From Candidatus Hermodarchaeota archaeon (GTDB taxonomy: Archaea; Asgardarchaeota; Lokiarchaeia; Sigyniarchaeales; SOKP01), in assembly GCA_048885535.1 (NCBI GenBank), contig JBHLLO010000008.1, positions 1 to 64,000 on the forward strand: a stretch of DNA of 64,000 nucleotides. The letters run 5' to 3'. Each line of letters begins with the position of its first letter. Within the stretch, counting starts at the first letter, position 1. The notes beneath the pieces were generated by a model. That model saw only the letters and a list, made by a program, of their open reading frames with translations, had not been told where the DNA came from and ran no database searches. A program made the translations under genes and the position numbers. This document shows, piece after piece, positions 1 to 9,725 of the stretch.

Positions 1-70
1 ACGTGCCTAAAGCGCCGGTCTGCTAAACCGGTGTCCGATGGACCCGTGGGTTCGAATCCCACCCTGAGCG
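1..70 (+). tRNA. tRNA-Ser(GCT), 5' end cut off by window edge
   Basis: Anticodon arm CCGGT-CTGCTAA-ACCGG, long variable arm, T arm GTGGG-TTCGAAT-CCCAC, 3' acceptor strand CCTGAGC+G. Confidence 0.9.
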
Positions 71-88
71 TCTAAGTAGAAATGACAT

Positions 89-195
89 GGGCCCGTGGTC
101 TAGTGGTTATGACGTCGCGCTTACACCGCGAAGGTCCGGAGTTCGATATCTTAAAAAAAATGATTTTTAAGACGAAAACCTCCGCGGGCCCACCA
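89..195 (+). tRNA. tRNA-Val(TAC) with T-loop intron and encoded CCA
   Basis: Acceptor GGGCCCG/CGGGCCC, anticodon arm TCGCG-CTTACAC-CGCGA, variable AGGTC, T stem CGGAG/CTCCG; 73 nt plus CCA after intron removal. Confidence 0.93.
148..178 (+). other. 31-nt BHB tRNA intron at position 59/60
   Basis: Central helix TTCG/CGAA, bulges AT^A and AA^C, inner helix TCTTAAAAA/TTTTTAAGA; splicing gives T-loop TTCGATC. Confidence 0.9.
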
Positions 196-202
196 TTTAT
201 TT

Positions 203-991
203 TTAATTATCTATTAATTTTTTGATATTTATTGGTCTTATAGCACTTAATTTACAATTTTTTAAATAGTTTCCAATTTCAGCAATTATTCCAGGGGCAT
301 CTGTTCCTTCTTTTAGTAAGATTATATTCTCTAAGAAGCCAAAACTTTTTATTGACACGATATCTCGCATGTGATCGGTTTTTATAAGATCTTTTTTTAC
401 TTGCTCTTTTGTCTCTCCACTAACAAAAACAGCGTCAATATTTTCAGTGATCAACTTCTCATAGAAATTTATTGTATTCTTAGCAAAAATTCCCTCAATT
501 TGAGCTTTCTCCTTATCAACTTTTTCGATTTTAACATAAACAGGAAAATTGTTTATAAAATTATATTTTTTAATTACTTCTGATAAAGAAACCTTTTTCC
601 CCTTGCATAGTTGATTTCTGATTGTATAAAGCGTTACTAAAACATCAGTTTTAGGATTCACAATGCCACAATCTACAAAAATTCCGAATCCAACCTTGCC
701 AACATCTACCATTATAGCTTTATAAATATCTCCTAAAGAGAGATTCTCGAATGAATGAATTATACCAATTTCTTTTTTTAGTAAATTATATACAAAGATT
801 TCCTCAGGACCTGATACTTCAATTTCAAATCTACTATCATAAGCTCTTAATTTTATTATCTTTATTTTTGTGTTCGGAAAACCCTCTATCTTCTTATTTA
901 AGTATTTCAAAAACTTAGGATATATATTACTCCTTCTTTCTTTTGATGTGAGATTATAAATCTTATCTATGAGAACTAATTTTTTAACCAT
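203..991 (-). CDS. DUF2110-like archaeal protein
   Basis: 262 aa ORF; EIEVSGPEE, DVGKVGFGIFVDCG and LKEGTDAPGIIAEIG segments resemble DUF2110 proteins. Confidence 0.7.
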   Translation of the reverse strand: MVKKLVLIDKIYNLTSKERRSNIYPKFLKYLNKKIEGFPNTKIKIIKLRAYDSRFEIEVSGPEEIFVYNLLKKEIGIIHSFENLSLGDIYKAIMVDVGKVGFGIFVDCGIVNPKTDVLVTLYTIRNQLCKGKKVSLSEVIKKYNFINNFPVYVKIEKVDKEKAQIEGIFAKNTINFYEKLITENIDAVFVSGETKEQVKKDLIKTDHMRDIVSIKSFGFLENIILLKEGTDAPGIIAEIGNYLKNCKLSAIRPINIKKLIDN

Positions 992-1151
992 GAGTATACA
1001 TGAAACTTTAGGCTATAAGGGGTTAATTAGAATAATTAAATCTCAAGTAAAATATTTTGTTTTTAAAAAGATTCTTCAATTTTTAGTTCTAAGAAGATTT
1101 AAATTTAAATAATTTATGTTAGAATACACAATTAAAATAATTCTAAATTTG

Positions 1152-1532
1152 ATGAGAAATTTGAATGAGCAAAGATTTTTTGATTTAGTTGCTGCATTAA
1201 GAGAATATGAGGGAATTGAAGAGATTTTTCTATTAAATAGCGATGGTGAACTCCTTTTCAAATCTGAAAATTTTCCATTATCAGAAGAAGAAGCAAAGGA
1301 AATTCTAGATGCTTGGAAAGAAAATAAACCCGCTCTTACATTTCAGAATTCTAGATTCGCAATCTTAAAAAATGATGATATTCAGTTAGCAGCGAAAAAT
1401 ATTGCTCAAGGAAAGGGGAATATTGTTGGATCAATAACAAAAGAAGGGGATTATCTCGTTGCTCATACAAGAAATGAGGGAATGATCTTACTTGAATGGT
1501 CAATTTTCATTAATAAAGTAGCATGGAGTTAG
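1152..1532 (+). CDS. Asgard profilin-like protein
   Basis: About 126 aa; FLLNSDGELLFKSENF and LTFQNSRFAILKNDDIQLAAKNIAQGKGNIVG resemble Asgard profilins; start uncertain (1116/1152/1161). Confidence 0.65.
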   Translation: MRNLNEQRFFDLVAALREYEGIEEIFLLNSDGELLFKSENFPLSEEEAKEILDAWKENKPALTFQNSRFAILKNDDIQLAAKNIAQGKGNIVGSITKEGDYLVAHTRNEGMILLEWSIFINKVAWS

Positions 1533-1695
1533 ATCTTATTTTTATTTTATATTTTAAATCATCGAGATTTGAATAAATAATGTCTTTTTTTTGAAACATT
1601 AAAAAAAAATATAAATTGAATTATTTATTACTTCAATTTAATCAGTAAAAAATAATGTATATAAATATAATTAAAAAATTTAAAAGGAGATAATT

Positions 1696-2421
1696 ATGTT
1701 CCAGCAAGCAGGAAGAGGTTATGATATGGCTATAACTCAATTTTCGCCAGAAGGTCGTCTATTTCAGGTAGAGTATGCCATTGAGGCTGTGCGAAGAGGG
1801 ACGACGGCTATTTGTTGTAGAAATAAGCATTCTGTTGTTTTTGCCGTCGAAAAGAAGAGCTCTGAGCTACAAGAAGTTATTGGTTCAGAGAAAATTTTTA
1901 AAATTGATGACCATATAGGTGTAGCGATTGCTGGACTTACTGCTGATGCGCGTGTTTTGGTAGATAGAGCGCGTGTCCAAGCTCAAGTTAACCTATTGAA
2001 TTATGATGAGAAAATTTCCGTGAAGGATTCTACTTTAAACATATGTGAGTATCTGCAATTATTTACTCAAAATGCAGGAGTTAGGCCATTTGGTGTGAGC
2101 CTACTTATTGGGGGGGTAGATCCTGATGGAAAAGCTGTTTTATATTTAACTGATCCTAGTGGAGCCTCGTGGGGATATAAAGCTTTCGCAATAGGCTCAG
2201 GAGCGTCTGAAGCACGGGCTTATCTTGAAGAATATTATAAAGAAGATCTAAGTGATGAAGAACTTAAGCTTCTTCCACTGAGGGCGTTAAAGGAAATAAT
2301 GGGTGAGAATTTAAATAAAAATACCTGTGACGTAGCTTTCATTTTAAAGGACGACTTAAAATTTAAATTATTAAGTTTAAAAGAAAGAGAAGAATTATTA
2401 AATAAAATCGTTTCTTCCTAA
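1696..2421 (+). CDS. psmA: Proteasome subunit alpha
   Basis: GYDMAITQFSPEGRLFQVEYA signature, RPFGVSLLIGG; SD AGGAG upstream. Confidence 0.97.
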   Translation: MFQQAGRGYDMAITQFSPEGRLFQVEYAIEAVRRGTTAICCRNKHSVVFAVEKKSSELQEVIGSEKIFKIDDHIGVAIAGLTADARVLVDRARVQAQVNLLNYDEKISVKDSTLNICEYLQLFTQNAGVRPFGVSLLIGGVDPDGKAVLYLTDPSGASWGYKAFAIGSGASEARAYLEEYYKEDLSDEELKLLPLRALKEIMGENLNKNTCDVAFILKDDLKFKLLSLKEREELLNKIVSS

Positions 2422-2528
2422 AAATTCCTTCAAATTCAGGGTTAGCTGTAGTAGGTATAGAGATTAAGAAGACAATACAAAGGGAATAAAAAGAAACTTC
2501 TCAATATAGAGCAGAGGTCCATTATTAT

Positions 2529-3320
2529 ATGATTGATCGAGCAAGAATTGATTTAGGAGATTACATTGTTGGGCGAATTGAGAAAGAAGGAAGAGTATTT
2601 GAAATGCTTTTAGATCCTGAAAAGGCTTGGGAAGCGAAAAAAGTTATTCGGGATGAAATCAATAAACGTCTCAAGGAAGGAAGCGAAAAGTCTCGACTTA
2701 GCGTCGAAGAAGTCCTAAATCATCCTAAAATTTCAATTGAGTTAATTTTTGAAAGTTTTATAGTATTTGAGGATTTAAAACGGGGTAAAAAAGCTACTGA
2801 CGGTGATATGGAGGCTATTTTTAATACAGTAGATGGTAGATTAATAGCTTGCCATATTTTATTAGAAGGTGACATTCAATGGACAAAAACTCAACGAGAA
2901 GAAGAAAAATCCAAAAAGTTGAAACAGATAATTACAATAATAACAAAAAATGCTATAAATCCACAAAATAAAAAACCACATCCCTACCAAAGAATTGAAA
3001 AGGCAATAGAGGAAGCAAAAGTTAAAATTGATTTAATGAAGAGTGCTGAAGAACAAGTTGACGATGTTGTTAAAAATATAAGAGCTATTATCCCTATTAG
3101 GATGGAACAAGTAGAAATGGCAATAAAGATACCTTCAGCATTTACAGCAAAAGGTTACAATATCGTTGCTCAATTAAGTCATATCAAGAAAGAAGAATGG
3201 CAATCAGATGGTTCTTGGGTATGTGTTGTTAATTTACCAGCTGGATTACAAATGGAATTAATTGATAAGTTAAATAAACTAACTCATGGAAGAGTTCAGA
3301 CAAAGCTATTAAAATCCTAA
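2529..3320 (+). CDS. sbds: Ribosome maturation protein SBDS/Sdo1
   Basis: INPQNKKPHPYQRIEKAIEEAK, KEEWQSDGSW, LNKLTHG; conserved position in superoperon. Confidence 0.93.
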   Translation: MIDRARIDLGDYIVGRIEKEGRVFEMLLDPEKAWEAKKVIRDEINKRLKEGSEKSRLSVEEVLNHPKISIELIFESFIVFEDLKRGKKATDGDMEAIFNTVDGRLIACHILLEGDIQWTKTQREEEKSKKLKQIITIITKNAINPQNKKPHPYQRIEKAIEEAKVKIDLMKSAEEQVDDVVKNIRAIIPIRMEQVEMAIKIPSAFTAKGYNIVAQLSHIKKEEWQSDGSWVCVVNLPAGLQMELIDKLNKLTHGRVQTKLLKS

Positions 3321-3409
3321 TCAGGTAATTTTTTAATTAATTTTTAGTTATATTATTTTTTATTGATTAGGTTTAATATATTAAAAACAAACATAAGTGA
3401 TATCAAATT

Positions 3410-4189
3410 ATGGAAAACGAAGAATTCGAATCAGAAGAATTCGATGATTTTGAAGATGCAGAACCCACTAGAGACTTAGTTGTACCAGGAGAAATTTTAT
3501 CCGAAGATGTTGAACATTTCCTTCCTGGAAGAGGGACAATCTTGAATGAGCAAAAAAATAAAATTATCTCTTTAAATATTGGTTTAAAAAACATTCAGAA
3601 AAATTACATTAATGTAATTCCTTTAAGAGGTTTTTATACTCCTCGCCCAGGAGATAAAGTAATCGCTTTAGTTGTGGATAAGAATCCAGTGAAATATAAA
3701 TGTGATATTAATGCAAGGGATTTTGCGCTTTTAAAGCCGAAAAACACAATGAAAAGAAGTAAAATTAAATTCAGAGGAGGCGGTGGATCAGAGAATGTTG
3801 ATGATTCTTCGACTGAGAAGTACTCAATAGGAGATATCTTAATTGCTAAAGTTATTTCTGCCGATCGTTTAAATAAACCAGAATTGACAACAGTAGGTAA
3901 ATATTTGGGGAAAAAGTCGAATGGAATTGTTATTTCTATAGATCCTCCAAAAATTCCACGTGTAATAGGTCGTAACGGGTCAATGATTAAATTATTAAAG
4001 AATTTAACCAAATGTAATATTTTTGTTACTCAAAATGGGCGAATCTGGCTAAAAGGAGATGATATTGCTCATGAAACATTATTAATAGATTCAATAAGAA
4101 AAATTGAGAAAGAAGCCCATACTGTGGGTTTAACTGATAGAATGTCAGAATTTATTGAGATTGAAAAAAAAAAGAGAGGAATAGAATAA
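3410..4189 (+). CDS. rrp4: Exosome RNA-binding protein Rrp4
   Basis: LVVPGE, YTPRPGDKVIA (S1), KIPRVIGRNGSMI (KH), QNGRIW. Confidence 0.94.
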   Translation: MENEEFESEEFDDFEDAEPTRDLVVPGEILSEDVEHFLPGRGTILNEQKNKIISLNIGLKNIQKNYINVIPLRGFYTPRPGDKVIALVVDKNPVKYKCDINARDFALLKPKNTMKRSKIKFRGGGGSENVDDSSTEKYSIGDILIAKVISADRLNKPELTTVGKYLGKKSNGIVISIDPPKIPRVIGRNGSMIKLLKNLTKCNIFVTQNGRIWLKGDDIAHETLLIDSIRKIEKEAHTVGLTDRMSEFIEIEKKKRGIE

Positions 4190-4951
4190 ATGACGTTATT
4201 AATAAAAGATGAATATCCAGAAAAACTACTTCGAGAAGATGGTAAAAGGTTAGATGGTCGAGATCTTAATGAATTAAGACCGATTAAAATGGAAATTGGA
4301 GTTATTAGTAATGCTGATGGATCTGCCTATTTAGAATGGGGAAATAATAAGATATTTGCTGCCGTATATGGTCCTAGAGAAGTCCATCCACATCATTTAG
4401 CTAAACCAGATAGAGGTATCCTTAGAGTATTTTATCGAATGGCTACTTTTTCTGTGTTCGAAAGAAAGCGCCCAGCACCAGGTCGGCGAGAAAAGGAGAT
4501 ATCTATGATTATTACTGAATGTTTAGAACCAGTTTTATTTCTTGAGCTTTATCCTGGGACTGCGTTTGAGATATTTATTGATGTTATGGATGCTGATGGC
4601 GGAACAAGATGTGCAAGTACTACAGTTGCTGCTTTAGCTTTAGCAGATGCAGGAATTCCCATGAAAAGTCTAGTAACATCTGTAGCAGTAGGTAAAATTG
4701 ATGGAAAGTTAGTAGTTGATTTGTCCGGGGTCGAGGATAAAGCTGGTGAAGCAGATTTACCTTGTGCTATCACTTGGTTTAATGAAGAAATCTCATTATT
4801 CCAATTTGATGGTGATATGGATTTAAATGAATTAGATAATTTTTTGAATCTAGCAATGGAAGCACTGAAGAAGATCTATGAAATACAATTGACAGCCTTA
4901 AAAAGTAAATATGTTACAATTCAAGAAGAGTACAATGGAGGTAAAGACTAA
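4190..4951 (+). CDS. rrp41: Exosome subunit Rrp41
   Basis: RLDGRDLNELRP, ADGSAYLEWG, YGPREVHP, DADGGTRCA RNase PH motifs. Confidence 0.96.
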   Translation: MTLLIKDEYPEKLLREDGKRLDGRDLNELRPIKMEIGVISNADGSAYLEWGNNKIFAAVYGPREVHPHHLAKPDRGILRVFYRMATFSVFERKRPAPGRREKEISMIITECLEPVLFLELYPGTAFEIFIDVMDADGGTRCASTTVAALALADAGIPMKSLVTSVAVGKIDGKLVVDLSGVEDKAGEADLPCAITWFNEEISLFQFDGDMDLNELDNFLNLAMEALKKIYEIQLTALKSKYVTIQEEYNGGKD

Positions 4952-4953
4952 CA

Positions 4954-5781
4954 ATGATGAATGTTAGAAGAGTAATTTCTACTATTGAAAGAAATTATAT
5001 TATAAACAATTTAAAAAATGAACAAAGAATTGATGGAAGAGGTTTATGGGATTATCGAGAATGGAAAATAAAGCACAATCTTATAGGATCTGCTGAAGGT
5101 TCTGCTGATGTGTGCTTAGGAGATACTAGAGTGATAACTGGATTAAAATATGAAATTGGTGAACCGTTCCCAGATATTCCAAATGAGGGCGTCTGTACAA
5201 TAATGGCAGAGTTATTACCATTAGCATCCCCACTATTTGAAAGGGGTCCCCCTGACGAACAGTCTATAGAGCTTGCTCGAGTAGTTGATAGAGGAATAAG
5301 ACATGCAGACTGTATTCAAACAAAAAAATTATGCATAAAAGAGAATGAAGCTGTATATATTTTATTTGTTGACATTTATGTAATAAACTATTCGGGCAAT
5401 CTAATTGATGCAGGAGGGATAAGTGCCCTAACTTCTTTAATTTCAAGCTATATCCCTGAAGGAAAATGGGTTGATAACCATGTTGAATGGACTGGTAAAT
5501 ATATCACTGGAGAGACTATTGTGAAAGAACTTCCAATTGTTTTAACTTATGGAAAAATTGATAACATAATATTTTTAGATCCAAGTTTACCAGAGGAATT
5601 AATTTGCGATGGAAGAATATCTATCACAGTTACAAAAGATAAAATCACATCTATTCAAAAAAGTGGACCAACTACCTTCTCAATTGATGAAATACGAATG
5701 CTAAATAAAAAATCTCTTGAATTAGGTAAAAAATTAAGGGAAAACCTTAATCTCTGGCAATATAAAGTTAATATTGATTAA
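4954..5781 (+). CDS. rrp42: Exosome subunit Rrp42
   Basis: RIDGR, AEGSA, PFPDIPNEG, ELARVVDRGIR. Confidence 0.95.
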   Translation: MMNVRRVISTIERNYIINNLKNEQRIDGRGLWDYREWKIKHNLIGSAEGSADVCLGDTRVITGLKYEIGEPFPDIPNEGVCTIMAELLPLASPLFERGPPDEQSIELARVVDRGIRHADCIQTKKLCIKENEAVYILFVDIYVINYSGNLIDAGGISALTSLISSYIPEGKWVDNHVEWTGKYITGETIVKELPIVLTYGKIDNIIFLDPSLPEELICDGRISITVTKDKITSIQKSGPTTFSIDEIRMLNKKSLELGKKLRENLNLWQYKVNID

Positions 5782-5958
5782 TTTTTTCTATTTTTTATAT
5801 TTTTGACTTTAAATTTTAAGAATTGCTATTTTTTATTCTAATGGACGAAATTAATTATAATCAATTCCAGATTGGAAAATATTATGAAAAGTAGAAAAAT
5901 TTATAGTTAATAAAATCTTTTATCTACACACTTAACTTAATTATTGATTGTGGTAAAG

Positions 5959-6249
5959 ATGGGAAAAACAAAAAAAACAGGTATATCTGCTACTTTTGGT
6001 GCTCGTTACGGTTCTAATGTAAGAAAGAAATGGAAATTGGTTATGCAACAACAAAAAAGTAAGAAATTTAAATGTCCTAGATGTGAGACTAGAGGTTCTA
6101 TACGAAGAGTTTCTACTGGAGTTTGGTTTTGTAAAAAGTGTGAAGCACGATTTACAGGTGGAGCATATTTCGTGCAAACCCCTAGAGGAATGGAATCATT
6201 TAGGATAGCTAAAAGAAAACAAAGAGAATTAGAAGTAACCGAGGAGTGA
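5959..6249 (+). CDS. rpl37ae: 50S ribosomal protein L37ae (eL43)
   Basis: FGARYG, CPRC...TGVWFCKKC, FTGGAY. Confidence 0.96.
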   Translation: MGKTKKTGISATFGARYGSNVRKKWKLVMQQQKSKKFKCPRCETRGSIRRVSTGVWFCKKCEARFTGGAYFVQTPRGMESFRIAKRKQRELEVTEE

Positions 6250-6518
6250 TGAGTAAAAATAATCCTTTTATGATTAAATCGACTATAGAATTTAACTTTA
6301 AAGATTCAAATTCATGTGAAATTGCTTATAACTCATTTTTACCAGAACTTAATTCAAGAAAATCAAAGAGATCAATAATATTCATGGAAAAGAAAGATTC
6401 TACCCTCTTTTTTAAAATTGAAAGCACAGATATTACTGCTTTCAGAGCATCAGTTAATGAAATTATAGGATTCGGCAAAATAATAGACAACACATTAAGA
6501 ATTGTTAATCCATCATAA
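6246..6518 (+). CDS. pcc1: KEOPS complex subunit Pcc1
   Basis: 90 aa; FLPE...RS...IESTDITAFRASVN pattern; superoperon context. Confidence 0.85.
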   Translation: MMSKNNPFMIKSTIEFNFKDSNSCEIAYNSFLPELNSRKSKRSIIFMEKKDSTLFFKIESTDITAFRASVNEIIGFGKIIDNTLRIVNPS

Positions 6519-6598
6519 AAATGTGAAATTTATATTTACGTAAATTTCATATTAATATCTTTATTTTAAAATATAAAATATAGAAGATGTTGAATTAA

Positions 6599-6955
6599 AT
6601 GACTATTAATTATGATCAATTAGATGAAGAGACTAAGAAAAAAATTCAAAACTTATCTGCCCTAAGTCAAAGTCTAGAATTTCTCACTCAACAAAAAATT
6701 CAATTAGACGCAACATTGAGAGAAACAGAACTCGCAATTGAAAGTTTAGTTGAAGCTACCCCTGATACTGTTGTTTATAAAAATATAGGAGGGATAATGG
6801 TGAGAAGCACGAGAGATAAACTGCTTGATGATAAAAAAAGTTTGAAAGTTACCATTGAAATGAGGTTAAAAACACTACAACAAAAATTAGAAAGAACAAA
6901 AAGCAGTCTAGAAAGCCTACAAAAGTCTCTCCAAGCAGATTTACAAAATAAATAA
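6599..6955 (+). CDS. pfdB: Prefoldin beta subunit
   Basis: Coiled coils flanking VYKNIGGIMV hairpin. Confidence 0.9.
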   Translation: MTINYDQLDEETKKKIQNLSALSQSLEFLTQQKIQLDATLRETELAIESLVEATPDTVVYKNIGGIMVRSTRDKLLDDKKSLKVTIEMRLKTLQQKLERTKSSLESLQKSLQADLQNK

Positions 6956-6970
6956 GATCTTATAAAAGCA

Positions 6971-7975
6971 ATGCTTAAATCTAGGATTGAATCCTTCTTA
7001 TCCTATATAAACGGGAAGAATCTATTAATTATTACTCACCATCCAACAGATTTAGACGGATTTGTTAGTTCAATTTCCTTAAAATTTTTTTTAGAAATTT
7101 TCTTAGAAAACCAAGAAATCTCTTTATATTTTTCCGAACTCTCTAAATTCACTAGAGATTATTTGAGTAATTTTAAGAAATTATATCCTAACTTTAAGTT
7201 AAATTACCTTGATCAGATTAAAGCTTCGAATTTTAACACAATAATTATTATGGATACCAATAATCTAGATCAAATAGAGGATTTTAATAAACTGGAATCT
7301 TCCGCCCCTTTCATTTTTATTGATCATCATTTAAATCTGAATAAACAATATAAAGGTAATTTAGAATCTTTAAATATTATTTTCGAAAATTTTTCATCAA
7401 CAGCAGAAATTATTTTGGAAATATTTAGAACTAAACAAGTTTTAATTCCTTCTCCTTACAAAGTCCTGTTAGTAAGTGCAATCTTAGCAGACTCAGGATT
7501 TTTTAAGTATGGAAGTAATCAAACAATCCATAACGTATCTTACCTGTTGGAAAATGGCGTTTCTATTCAAGAAATTTTAAATTTATTGGAGATAGATTCA
7601 GATATTTCAGAAAGAATCGCTAAAGTAAAGGGTTTAAGGAGAGTAGAATTATTAAGAGTTGGAGATTGGCTCATTGGTATATCTCGAGTAAGTAATTTCA
7701 GTGGTTCTGTAGCTACAAACCTTTTAAATATAGGTTTCGATATTGGGATAATATTTTCAAAAAAAAAAGATGAAACAATTATTACTACTAGAGCTAGCAA
7801 GAATATCTGCCAAAAAACGGGATTACATTTAGGAAAGATCTTAAATGAGATCAAGGAAGGTAGTGGTGGAGGACATAATGGAGCAGCTTCTTTAAATTGT
7901 AAATACAATGCAGAAAGTATTCTGCAGAAAGTAATTGAGAAAATCAAAAAAGTTTTAATAAGCAAAAGTTCTTAA
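6971..7975 (+). CDS. DHH/DHHA1 family phosphoesterase
   Basis: THHPTDLDG, IMDT, IDHH, DSGFF, GGGHNGAA. Confidence 0.9.
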   Translation: MLKSRIESFLSYINGKNLLIITHHPTDLDGFVSSISLKFFLEIFLENQEISLYFSELSKFTRDYLSNFKKLYPNFKLNYLDQIKASNFNTIIIMDTNNLDQIEDFNKLESSAPFIFIDHHLNLNKQYKGNLESLNIIFENFSSTAEIILEIFRTKQVLIPSPYKVLLVSAILADSGFFKYGSNQTIHNVSYLLENGVSIQEILNLLEIDSDISERIAKVKGLRRVELLRVGDWLIGISRVSNFSGSVATNLLNIGFDIGIIFSKKKDETIITTRASKNICQKTGLHLGKILNEIKEGSGGGHNGAASLNCKYNAESILQKVIEKIKKVLISKSS

Positions 7976-8007
7976 TAAATCAGAATAAAATTTCTTGCTT
8001 TTAGAAT

Positions 8008-8853
8008 ATGCATTTAATCAAATTTGAGGATTTTTTCTTTCGCTATAAAGGAAATGAAGAATATGCTTTAAATAACATTAACTTAAAAATAGGAAGGAAT
8101 AAATTCATATTACTTGCTGGTGAGACAGGTTCGGGAAAAACATCTTTAATAAGATGCATGAATGGATTAATTCCTCAATTCTATGCTGGATACTATAAGG
8201 GATCAGTTGAAGTGGTAGGAAAAGATACTATAACTACTTCTATTGCAGATTTATCTACTGAAGTAGGGCTTGTATTTCAAAACCCTGAAAATCAATTGAT
8301 TGCAATGAATATTGAGCATGAAATTGCTTTTGGTATGGAAAATATAGGTCTAAAAAAAGAACTTATTAAGGAAAAGCTAGAAAATTTAATGCAGCTAACA
8401 GAAATAACTAGAATTGCTGATAGAGCTCCTTTTGAAATAAGTGGCGGAGAACAACAAAGAGTTGCTATTGCCTCTATTTTAGCTTTAGACCCTAAAATTA
8501 TAGTTTTGGATGAACCTACTGCAAATTTAGATCCTTTATTCGCACAAAAAATAATTATGCTCCTAAAAAAGATCCAGGAGGAAAAGGAGCTTACAATAAT
8601 TATAAGTGAACATAGAATGGATTTAGTTATTCCAATCGTAGATGAGATTATTTTAATGAAACAAGGGAAAATTTTAGCACACGATAAAAAAGAAAATATC
8701 GTTAATAGTAAAGAATTTGAAACTTTGGAAATAAATAAACCAGTTATTTATTCAATCTTTAATCAATTAAAAAGAGAAAATTTAATTCATACAAATTTGC
8801 CTACTTCGATCAATGATGCAGTATCAATATTAAAAGAACATAATTTAGGGTGA
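8008..8853 (+). CDS. ecfA1: ECF transporter ATPase A1
   Basis: GETGSGKTS, FQNPENQ, ISGGEQQR, LDEPT. Confidence 0.9.
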   Translation: MHLIKFEDFFFRYKGNEEYALNNINLKIGRNKFILLAGETGSGKTSLIRCMNGLIPQFYAGYYKGSVEVVGKDTITTSIADLSTEVGLVFQNPENQLIAMNIEHEIAFGMENIGLKKELIKEKLENLMQLTEITRIADRAPFEISGGEQQRVAIASILALDPKIIVLDEPTANLDPLFAQKIIMLLKKIQEEKELTIIISEHRMDLVIPIVDEIILMKQGKILAHDKKENIVNSKEFETLEINKPVIYSIFNQLKRENLIHTNLPTSINDAVSILKEHNLG

Positions 8854-9725
8854 TGATGTTTTCTAAATCTTTTCCAATTATATCCATTAAAAATGTTGAT
8901 TATATTTATCCTAATGGGACTCATGCTTTAAGAAATGTTTCTTTAAATATCAATAAAGGTGAATTGATAGCAATTATGGGTCAAAATGGAGCAGGAAAAA
9001 CTACTCTGATAAGAATGCTAAATGGCTTGCTACGACCTTCTAAAGGAAGTGTTTATATTGAAAAGAAGGATATTTCCTCAAAAACTATAGCGGATTTGTC
9101 CAAAGTTGTTGGAATAGTCTTTCAAAATCCCTCTCATCAATTATTCTCTAATACTATTGATGATGAAATAAATTTTTCCTTAAAAAATCTTGAGTTAAAT
9201 CCGGAACAAATAGAAATGACTAAAGACACTATACTTAAAAGTTTTGATTTGTTGAAATATCAAAATCGATCTCCATTAAATTTATCCGGTGGAGAATCAA
9301 AAAAATTAGCAATTGCTTCAATAATATGTAGGGATCCAAGTATACTGGTTTTTGATGAACCAACACTTGGACAAGATGCTAAGGAGATCAAGTTTTTTAT
9401 TGATTTAATTAACACTGAGCTTGATAGAAGTAAAACTATTATAATAGTAACTCACAATGTTGAATTTACTATGGAACATATCCCTAGAACCATTTTAATG
9501 ACTCAAGGCAAAATTCTTGCTGATGGTCCAACTGAGAAAATATTATCAAATGAATTATTAATCAAAGAATCGTCATTGATAATTCCTCAACTTTTCCAAT
9601 TTAAAAATGCTTTAACTGAGATTAATCTGAATATTCCTGAAGAAATTTATAGAGAATCGCAACTTATCAATTTTCTTGATAATTATTTAAGAAAAATTAA
9701 AAAGGTAAAAGGAGATGTTAGATAA
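8850..9725 (+). CDS. ecfA2: ECF transporter ATPase A2
   Basis: GQNGAGKTT, FQNPSHQ, LSGGE, FDEPTLGQD. Confidence 0.9.
   Translation: MMMFSKSFPIISIKNVDYIYPNGTHALRNVSLNINKGELIAIMGQNGAGKTTLIRMLNGLLRPSKGSVYIEKKDISSKTIADLSKVVGIVFQNPSHQLFSNTIDDEINFSLKNLELNPEQIEMTKDTILKSFDLLKYQNRSPLNLSGGESKKLAIASIICRDPSILVFDEPTLGQDAKEIKFFIDLINTELDRSKTIIIVTHNVEFTMEHIPRTILMTQGKILADGPTEKILSNELLIKESSLIIPQLFQFKNALTEINLNIPEEIYRESQLINFLDNYLRKIKKVKGDVR

Noticed and set aside
2422-2528. Purine-rich psmA-sbds intergenic region as ncRNA or SECIS
   Set aside because: No convincing stem, C/D boxes or nearby in-frame TGA selenoprotein
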